A stretch of DNA of 64,000 nucleotides from Pecten maximus. Lineage: Eukaryota. Under the pieces are notes generated by a model. The model saw nothing but the letters and a program-made list of their open reading frames with translations. It did no database searches and was not told the DNA's origin. The position numbers and the translations under genes are program-made. Below are positions 54,296 through 64,000 of this stretch, piece after piece (the stretch's first letter is position 1; the number at the start of each line of letters is the position of its first letter). The DNA lies in contig NC_047019.1 of NCBI RefSeq assembly GCF_902652985.1, forward strand, positions 22,630,001 to 22,694,000. Reading direction: 5' to 3'.

Positions 54296-54756
54296 TTAAT
54301 TTTCTATACCAGAGAGACTTTCATCACTATCGGAATCTGCAGAACTCAAATCTTCTTCTGGAATCGATTCATTCTGATTGATAAACTGCCGTCGCCCGTT
54401 GAGCGAAGAGTATTTCGTTTTGCGTTGCCTGCCGGAGTTAGGTCTTCGTTTGGTCAGGGCCTTGATGTTGTCGTTAATACAAATGAGCTGCTGCATCAAC
54501 TGGACATCTTGTTGTCTCAGGTCAAGCTGCAATAAAACAAATTAACATTCAATCAGATTTTATTTAAAGTTCGTATTTGAAACTAAAAACAAATTATCAG
54601 AGATAATCGTTGAAAATTGCTAATTTAAGACAATGCGGAAAAGAAATTAGTGATTAAGCTTATGCATTATATAATCCTTACCATATCACTTCTGAGTGCA
54701 GCAAGAGCACTATTTATCCTTTCAGTGGCGGTACTGTTAGATGCTACAGATTCCAT
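54296..54756 (-). CDS. LURAP1/FAM89-like protein, copy 7, 101 aa. Exons 54756-54682, 54526-54296
   Basis: MESVASNSTATERINSALAALRSDM|LDLRQQDVQLMQQLICINDNIK...GIEN*; TATA at 54861-54868. Confidence 0.85.
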
Positions 54757-56109
54757 GTCTAATCTTTGTTGATACTACTTTTCAATAGTTCTTGCTACCC
54801 TTAATTGTTACACACTAATCAGCGTTTGAAGAAGAAATGAGCAGGTTCTATTTTCACTCCTATTTATACTTGTGTACCACCCTTAGGTGGGTCTACGAAA
54901 GACCGCGGGTGGTTCAGTATTGAACACACAAAGCACCTGTTGTATTAGCCAATTACCACCAGGGACATATCATTTACACCTGGCACAGTGTTTCAAACAG
55001 TGACAAAACCTCTATAGTATTGTTTTATTAATTATGTAGATGGCGAATGATAAGGTTTTTATTCCTGGTCATTCTATATTAAGGTTTCCTACGAGGGTTG
55101 AAATATACGTGTGAGGAATACTGAAATTAATAACTAAGTGGGTCGGATACTGACATGGAGTATTCGTTTCTATCCAGAGGTCCTGGCAGCAATTGTTCAT
55201 AGCGAAGAATACGGTAGTAAAGTACCCTCTCACACAGACCACCAATATCAATACTTCACTAATTTGCTATGATTATTCTATTGATAGATATATAATAAGG
55301 TTTTATTAGGAACATTCTTATTTGGACCATTGTCCAACGGAATGTGTAAGCTTTCATACTCATTAAAGTATTCATTGTGGAACAACTCGGTGATGCGGAA
55401 AATCGAAATGTCATCCAAACTGACGCTAAATTGAATTACTATATTATCAATGTAATTGCTTACAGCCTTGATGACATTTTTATTAGCTTAAAGCATGTGT
55501 CAGTTCATTTATTTGCTGGCATTTCATTATGCTATCAGGAGGAGTTTACAGATATTGCAGTTTCTGAAAAAAATGAAATATTAAAAAAAAAAAAAAAAAA
55601 AACCCATTAAAAACAATCATCCAAAATAACCAACTATAACCGTTTTTAATGACATCTGTACTTACTGAATCTATACCACTTTTACTACCTGTTACGCTAA
55701 AGTTGAATATAAGGCAAAAGATGAAAATGTTAATATGAGAAAGTACATATAAACCAGTTTTGGAATGCCAAGAATGTACGAAGGATTATTATGAGACTGC
55801 CTTTATCACTTTTATTCCCGTTACATATTAAAGTTAGTGTCACCAAGAGCAAAACATATGCGAATCCAGAAGAAAGAAGTTTGGTTAGGAAAATTATCAT
55901 CCTGACAAACCGATAATCTAGTTTTCAATACTTCATTATTTTAGTTTTTAATTTAGTGATTCAAGGTTGTATCTGGAATAATAGATTGTTGATGAACTTC
56001 CATAAGTAAAATCAGAAAAGGCGGAGTGCAAGGCTTTATAACGGTATTGTACTTTTTACTATCGAAAAGTCGAAATTTTGTATAATGATTTGCTTTTCAC
56101 TTTGATTAT

Positions 56110-56525
56110 GTAATGACGTTGTTTCGGTATGATTTGCACTACCAACATGGAATAATTTATCGTTTCTTGATTAGCTCAGCAGGGTGTCTTCCACATGGAA
56201 ATGTGATACTTCTTAATATATCAATTATTAAGCATATTGGTTAATAATGACGCATACCTCTGGCTGACAGCCGACCCCTTCGTCGTATACTAAAGTATCG
56301 TAATCATAAATAGCTATATTAAGAATAATTAACGCGGGACCAAATACATGTTTCGATGTATCCCGCGTAGATCTCAATATTGTAAAATATTGCTTAGGTT
56401 ATTGAAATAATCCGAAAGTTTTTTTTATGTATTGCAATAATGCTAGTAATGAAGCTGTCTTACTTTCATTAGTCCTTCACCTAGTTATAAATAAAAGCAT
56501 ATGTAATAACGTGTATATCAAAATA
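56110..56525 (+). repeat. About 400-bp direct repeat; second copy at about 63445-63852
   Basis: Shared core ...ATTATTAAGCATATTGGTT(A/G)ATAATGACGCAT(A/T)CCTCTGGCTGACAGCCGACC...GTCGTATACTAAAGTATCG. Confidence 0.85.
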
Positions 56526-56670
56526 GCTAACATAAGTTTTCTTACTGTCACTTACATTCAGTAATCCTTCAATAAGCAATATATATATATAAACAGTTGA
56601 ATATATAATAAATATGCTCTTAGTTTTGCAAAATGCTTCATTCTCCATTAGCGTTATAGTGGTATATATA

Positions 56671-57345
56671 CGGAAGAGCATTAGGGCCATTAAGCAAACT
56701 TACTAAATTTCGACTTAATAACTCGAAATTTCGAGTTATTATCTCGAAATTTCGACTTAATAACTCGAAATTTCGAGATAATAATTTTAGTTATGGAGAT
56801 CGGTAATGCACTAGATTTAGTGTCTTTATTCATCATTTGTGTTTCTATGTTAATCATAAGTATATTCAACACAATCTATCATATTCACTTAAAGGGGGAT
56901 CTCACGAAAGCAAACTAATTTTACTTTTGGTTATTAAGTCGAAATTTCGAGTTATTATCTCGAAATTTCGAGTTATTATCACGAAATTTCGAGTTATTAT
57001 GTCGAAATTTCGAGTTAGTAAGTCGAAATTTCGAGTTATTAAGTCGAAATTTCGAGTTATTATCTCGAAATTTCGAGTTACTAAGTCGAAATTTCGAGTT
57101 ATTAAGTCGAAATTTCGAGTTATTAAGTCGAAATTTCGAGTTATTATCTCGAAATTTCGAGTTACTAAGTCGAAATTTCGAGTTAGTAAGTCGAAATTTC
57201 GAGTTATTATCTCGAAATTTCGAGTTATTAAGTCGAAATTTCGAGTTATTATCTCGAAATTTCGAGTTAGTAAGTCGAAATTTCGAGTTATTAACACGAA
57301 AAGATGAATTTATTTTTTTTGCTTCATGGCCCTAATGCTCTTCCG
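56671..57345. mobile_element. MITE with about 30-bp TIRs, TA TSD and inverted arrays of a 21-bp unit
   Basis: TA|CGGAAGAGCATTAGGGCCAT ... ATGGCCCTAATGCTCTTCCG|TA. Unit GTTATTAAGTCGAAATTTCGA, about 17 copies at 56930-57300 and about 3.5 inverted copies at 56705-56780. Confidence 0.9.
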
Positions 57346-57350
57346 TAGAT

Positions 57351-59534
57351 AGCGGCCGCCAAATAACAACTTCAGAGTAATAGATTTGTGTACATGTACA
57401 TTTTCTACACGTACAGTACAACTACTTAATATTGCAAAATGCGTACATGTACATTTTGCAACTTGTCATGTACAGTACAACTACTCAATATTGCATAATG
57501 CGTACATGTACATTTTGCAACTTGTCATGTACAGTACAACTACCTAATATCCATTAATATTCCTAACATTCGAATCCAACATTCCACGATTTGACAGTAT
57601 GAAATTGAGGTTACTTGGTGTAGGAGGATACGTGTTACATAGGGTAGAGCACGTGGTGACAAACTTATATTCCGAATGCCTTTTAGTCCAAAGGCACAAC
57701 AGTCCGAAGGCTCGATAATCCGAAGGCCCATCGGTCATAAGGCCCAATTGTCCGAAGGTCCGATAGTCCGAAAATATGTAATATTGTAATGTGGATAAAT
57801 GGTTATATACATGTACATGTATGAATGGTTTCCCATTCAATATAAAAAAAAACAACAAAAAACAAAACAAAAACAAAACATTTTTGCCAAAAAGCATGGG
57901 GATCAGTAGCATAATCTTTGACGTCGTGTCCTTGCAACGTTACGCTTCACAATACGACGCCATTTTGAATGGACTGGTCAATGCAATTTTAGTGTTTTCT
58001 GCTAAAAAAAGACCTCCAAATGAGCACTTCGTGAATATATGAACATTGATATTTAAGCAAAATAACCACATTTTCTATCATCTTTTAGATTTTGTATATT
58101 CAATGTCTACCAAGAGTTGTCATTCCTTGTATTCACATGTTGATGATGGTGGTCAGTTATAGGGCCATTTTTTTGTTAAGATGCGGTGAATTAATTAGTG
58201 ATGCTGATGTTGTGTTGTTCCTTAAATTCTAGTTGCACACATGTATTAGTGGAAATCCAAGATGCTCACTCACGTTCTCCGCATTTATATTTATCGCGAG
58301 ATTTGTCACGGAGCCGAGAACGAGGCTTTACCAACGTGTTCTGAACATAAACTACATACATGGTCGTTGTTTACATGTCGAGCATACGTGAACCATGTGA
58401 CCGGTAAAGTTGACAATGTTCAAAAGCTAATCAGCAATCCAATAGACGTCCGGCAAAATTGGAATTCGAGTCTATTCCCTTTTTCTTTTCTCGCTAAGTT
58501 CCAACGAATCATTTCCTTTTCTAAGGAAGTACTCGGGTTTTGCCGATTCCACTCACTTTTGGCAGAAATCTGTCTGCGTTTTCCCAGGTCCACGCTTTCG
58601 GTGTTCCGCCATTTTGTATGGACTGTAAAATCCGCCGTTGCATTCAGGGACTAATTTTCAGAGAAACTTGGCCCGGCAGCCACAGTTATTATTTTTGGGA
58701 ATTCCCCGTATACTCTCATCAATACACATTTTCTTTCAGTTTCTGATTCACGATAGTTTGTTAGGTATGTAGAAATCTATCAAGTCCGAGAACTGTAAAA
58801 AGCTCAAAATATTTGTGTTTACGCTCCAAGAACTTTTTCTGTGCATGCCACGCATGTTCTTTCATTGTTTATTTCTGTTGATTTTTTCGCTCCAAATCTT
58901 TATCTGTGAAAGTTTCTTTTGAACCATTTGATTTTGAATCTGTCTTTACCTTTAATTTCTTATTTTTCACAATAGGGTTAAAAAAAGATTTAGTAAAAAT
59001 TTTGAGTAATGCTAATATAAAACTAAATATCAACATTACTGCACAACGTGTATTAGTATATTTACCTATTACGGACTAGCGGGCCTTCGGACTATCGAGC
59101 CTTTGGACTGTTGGGTCTTCGAACTATTGAGTCTTCGGACTAAAAGGCATTCGGAATATAAGTTTGTCACCACGTGCTCTACCCTATGTAACACGTATCC
59201 TCCTACACCAAGTAACCTCAATTTCATACCGTCAAATCGTGGAATGTTGGATTCGAATGTTAGGAATGTTAATGGATATTAGGTAGTTGTACTGTACATG
59301 ACAAGTTGCAAAATGTACATGTACGCATTATGCAATATTGAGTAGTTGTACTGTACATGACAAGTTGCAAAATGTACATGCACGCATTATGCAATATTGA
59401 GTAGTTGTACTGTACATGACAAGTTGCAAAATGTACATGTACGCATTTTGCAATATTGAGTAGTTGTACTGTACGTGTAGAAAATGTACATGTACACAAA
59501 CCTATTACTCTGTTGTTGGTATTTGGCGGCCGCT
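57351..59534. mobile_element. Foldback/Mutator-like non-autonomous element with about 400-bp inverted arms
   Basis: About 57351-57770 is the reverse complement of about 59070-59534 (ends AGCGGCCGCCAAATA / TATTTGGCGGCCGCT). The arms hold 59-bp tandem repeats and TCCGAA short repeats. No transposase; TSD not resolved. Confidence 0.8.
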
Positions 59535-60303
59535 GTCGGCCATCGTACATAATGTCTTTGATTGTCATCTATTTCTTTTACTTAAAATTATATATATATG
59601 TTTCTTACGAGTGTCATTCAATCATTCCTTCGATATACGTGTATCTAATAATAAAAGCTAAGGTGGGGTAAGCAGGTAGAATTCAAACCTATTTACAAGT
59701 TATACTGTGATGGCCAAATATTGTCAATTGTACATGCAATAAAGGTAGGTATTTGAGCTAATTAAATGTCACGGATGAAAACTGATTTTTCAAATAATGT
59801 TCCTCGTGGTGTTAATATTAACCACATCGATAACAAAGGCGGGTTTACAAATCACATTGTGTGTATTATAGGATTGATGTCAAGAATAGGAGGTGTGAAA
59901 ACAGCTCCCAGACGTGTGGTACAAACATTTGCTTGGTTTTATATTTCAACGGCTTCAAGAATTTGCCACACGGGAGAACCTCCACGCCCCTTTTCCGATC
60001 GCACAAAATTTATCAAACACCATCTAGTCAATTAGCATGTAACATTACACCTGTATTGCGTTTACTTGATATACAGGTAACCTGTGAGACAGGTGTAACC
60101 GATACCTCCCTGGTGGTACCACAGCGTGTTCACCAGGTGCTGTTACCTGTCATTAACCCCACACAAACGTATAGCTTCCCCACGTAGGAATATGTAGAGG
60201 GTATATAAGGGATTCAAGACAGGAATATGATTAGTTCTTATACTGATACTGTACGATACTCTGTCTGGATATTGACAACATAATTACACTAAATCAAGTA
60301 GAA

Positions 60304-60803
60304 ATGGAAGCCGTTATAACCGGAAATACGCCAACAGATAGGATTAACAATGCGCTGGCAACATTGAGGAGCGAAATGGTAAATATAATGTCTACATTTT
60401 GTATATATATATATATATATATATCTATATGCATAAATTAGAAATTGTCAAGCATTTTAATGATCCAAACTAATCTAATATGATTTAAAAGGTACCTACA
60501 TGACCTCCTATAAAATATGTTTTCTAGTTGAAAATTTTTGATAATAATACATGTTTATCTTTCCAGCTTGACCTCCGACAACAAGATGTCCAGTTAATGA
60601 ATCAACTCATATGTATCAATGATAATATCAAGACGCTGGTTAAACGGAGGACGAACCAAGGGAGACCAATGAGAAAGAAAGTTTCTTTGGTTAAAGGAAG
60701 ACGGAAATTCGTCAATCTGAACGAATCCATTCCAGAGGAGGATTCTAGCTCTGCAGATTCCGATAGCGACGCCAGCATTTCTAGTAACGACAATGACTTG
60801 TAA
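60304..60803 (+). CDS. LURAP1/FAM89-like protein, copy 8 (inverted), 103 aa. Exons 60304-60378, 60567-60803
   Basis: MEAVITGNTPTDRINNALATLRSEM|LDLRQQDVQLMNQLICINDNIK...SSADSDSDASISSNDNDL*; TATA at 60202-60208; AATAAA at 61833-61838. Confidence 0.87.
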
Positions 60804-63800
60804 TAGGAAACTGGGATAGAGGAACAGCATTTCAAATGAATCCATCAACTGGAATATTGATTCTGCACTCTAGAAAGAGGGATCACTACCGCCATGTAGA
60901 CAGAAACAAAAGTTTAGCAATTTAAGGTAAATATTTAAAATAACATTCCGAAAAAAATGACTAAATGGTTATTAAATAACGCTCGGTTGTTTAGATTGAT
61001 TTCAGAATATATAGAAATTGTTTTTCTGTATCGAGTAGATAATCATATAACATTCAAATGTTCACATACGTAATGTTCGAATGTATTTGTCTTTTCAGAT
61101 AGCCCCAAGTTTTACTGATCTGCCCACTACGGAGACTAACCCATGACGATGTAAAGGTGTCTGTTCGAGCACGTACCATAGGGTGTTTTTTTGCTGAGAA
61201 CTTGAACACGTATGTGACATAAGGAAATTACGAAATCGCGTGATTCAGTGACGCTCAAAACACTTTCTGGACCCAGATACTTTGATCAGCAGCATGTTTT
61301 TATTTCGAAACTTAACTGGCACAATAACACAATCCGAAAGACGTTTTAATGAAAAAACAGACTTTCCTTTGAATGGTGCTTATTGGATAATTTAAGAGTT
61401 TCCAAACTTCCTAAAAAGATTCCTATATGTGTGCTTAAGAGTATCTGGTACTAATTTGAAGAAGATGTATCAGTGACATTGATATTTTACTAGGGAATAG
61501 CGTCGGAATGGCAAAACAAGCCGCATATACAACTTTGTTCCTTAACGCTCTGTCACTTATTTTGCCAGAGTGTTATTATGTGTTCAACGGGTGCAATATA
61601 TCAACCATAAACAGAAGTATGATATAATGTGAGGTTTTACCTTGAATGTTAATTGATGTCAATATTATGACAAATGCATGAGTTATTATATGTATGAGTG
61701 TGTATGTCAGACTTAAGTATGTCAGACTGAGTGTGAATGTCCGACTGAATGAGTATGTCTGAATGTCTGTGTATATATAGTTGTAAATTCCATGTGCAAT
61801 AGGAAATGTTGCAATTATTTTAAAATCTGGAAAATAAAAACTTACTAATTACTGATGAGTGATATTTGATTTACTTCATGCATCGTCTTTTGTACATGTA
61901 GTGAGTAGGTCATAGTTAAATAAAGAAGCATTTAAAGTTCAGTGAAATATTTCTATCAGGATCCAGAATAATATCATGCAAACTGGTATGTGTACTACTG
62001 TACATTTTGCATATAAAAGTACAGTTTATGTTTATATATACGAACATACAGCACCACACAGGCTAGTGGTACTGATAGTTGTGATAATAGTTTAGGTTTC
62101 AAAATGTTACAAACTATTTTATCAGTTCATGGAATACTAAGTCGAAGTAGACAAACATATATTGCCAACAAAAAATGATGGTACAGAGGTAGTTCAAAAC
62201 TGACCTTGTACTTTAGGAAGATCTAAAAAGTTATAGAATAATAAAATAACTCATTCAATTATAGCTATTTCAGCACACACACAAATGTTACGGTATATGA
62301 ATTTGTTAGTAATGTAACAGTGCTACTATATACGCAAAAGTGATATGGACGCGGTCGTATTGGTAAACTGTTAACATTTGAACCACACAAAACGGTATTT
62401 CACGGATTTGGTATTAACATGTGAACTTTAAATATTGAAGGTATCTTTTACGATATATTGAAGGGCATATACTCGAGATAAATAAAAACAATCAATTACA
62501 TGTTATAACTTTGAGATTTGATTATAACAATGGCATAACAATAAGCTGACAGGAAAAGTAGAAAACGAAAAACGGCAGCCATAGAAATCACAATAATTCC
62601 ATAGAGTCAGTTGTGTTATCTTGTTTCAATATGCTTATCATGCAAACAGTTTAATTCTTGATTTTCAACTGATTACAACACCACAAAGCGACCACTATTA
62701 GTAATGGGTTTTTTGTAGGCAGTAACACCAACATGCATTTTCTACTCGACCATTTATTCCAACATTTTACTCATCTTGGCAATTCCTATGAGTAGGACTA
62801 TAAAACGAATGTTATTTTAAGATATTTACATAGAAACAAGACTTAACTTTTGCGTACTAGCTTCATGCCGTTTTGGCATGTTATAATTCAACAACATCAC
62901 GTTCCGACCTGCAATATCGCAATATGAATAGGTGACCTTAGGTCAATTGAACTACAGATATGATCAGGTATGATTCATTAGGAATACTCTTTTGTAAATG
63001 AACATTTGAGCAACGTTATGCGTAAGGTTTTCATCTCACATTTTTTAATTACTCGTTATGGTAGAAAATCAAAATCACATCCCAACTGACGCCAAGTAGA
63101 AATCTTCTTTGATTTTTGCAGCCTGAATGATATTAATCATATGTAAATATTATCTGTTTGTGTCTCATGTTATCAGGGAGAATTTCGCTCTATTGCACAC
63201 TTTTCCTGTAAAAAAAGTAAATGTTATTTTGACAATCATCGACATATATTTTTTCCGGAGTTTCTTACTTATGCTATTTTGACTGTTTTGGTATTATTGA
63301 AAGAAACCTGTGATTACTGATCCTATATCTATTTCCTCCTGTTATGGCTATTTTTTTTCCTTCCTATTTTGATTATTCAAATTACAATTAATATCAATCA
63401 CGTATAACAGACCAGATGAAAAACAATGATTGAGTAACGTCGATATTGACATTGTTTCGGTCTAATTATCAATGCAAACACGTAATAATCTTATTCAATT
63501 GAATTAACTCAGCGGGGTGTCTTCCATGTAGAAATATGATACTTCTAAAAATATTAATTATTAAGCATATTGGTTGATAATGACGCATTCCTCTGGCTGA
63601 CAGCCGACCTCTTTGTCGTATACTAAAGTATCGCAATCTTAGATGGCTATATTAAAAGTAAAGAACCCCGGGATCAAATAACACACATATTAACATACTA
63701 CGTGAAGATTTTGATATCGTCAAAGTTCTAATGTAATTCAAGTAATCCAAAAATATATTTTGAGTATATAAATAACGCTAGTTAAGAAGTGATCTTACTT

Positions 63801-64000
63801 CAGCAGTTCTGCAACAAGCAATGAATAAAAGTATATATAGTTACGTGTTCAATGTCATAATGGTTCGGTCCGTTTTATGTCTGCCATTAAAAGAACAATA
63901 TTAAGATCAGATACACAAATATTGTTTCTAACCAGTTTATATATGCACATAGATCATAACATCTATGCAAATGGAACGTGCAAGGTGAGTGTGTGGCGTA

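Noticed and set aside
56185-56210. GTCTTCC (GY-box) and TGTGAT (K-box) adjacent
   Set aside because: Not in an identifiable 3'UTR, and the K-box is not kept in the duplicate at about 63535.
56837-57307. 156-aa and 131-aa repetitive ORFs (SKFRVII / TRNFDLI) and a CRISPR-like look
   Set aside because: Translation artefacts of a 21-bp tandem array inside a MITE; no unique spacers and no cas genes; eukaryotic context.
58262-58746. 130-aa ORF inside the foldback element as a possible transposase
   Set aside because: No recognisable DDE or DNA-binding motifs, and too short.

Overview
AT-rich, intron-containing animal genomic DNA. The repeat types suggest a bivalve mollusc (inference). Most entries in the ORF track are spurious; the real genes are spliced. 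Contents: (1) a complete U1A/U2B''/SNF-type snRNP protein gene (+, 6 coding exons, 2516-6191, 243 aa); (2) a tRNA-Cys(GCA) gene (-, 10332-10403); (3) a tandem cluster of eight small LURAP1/FAM89-like coiled-coil adaptor genes (seven on -, one on +, 23.9-60.8 kb), one truncated and one chimeric, sharing TATA promoters, upstream motifs and a 3'UTR motif; (4) many non-autonomous mobile elements. The main finding is in the 3'UTR of the U1A/SNF gene. Upstream of its first AATAAA lie four short hairpins whose 10-11 nt loops start with AUUGCAC (three) or CUUGCAC (one) and are closed by a C-G pair. These mimic U1 snRNA stem-loop II, the RNA this protein binds. That points to an autoregulatory loop built differently from the vertebrate PIE element.
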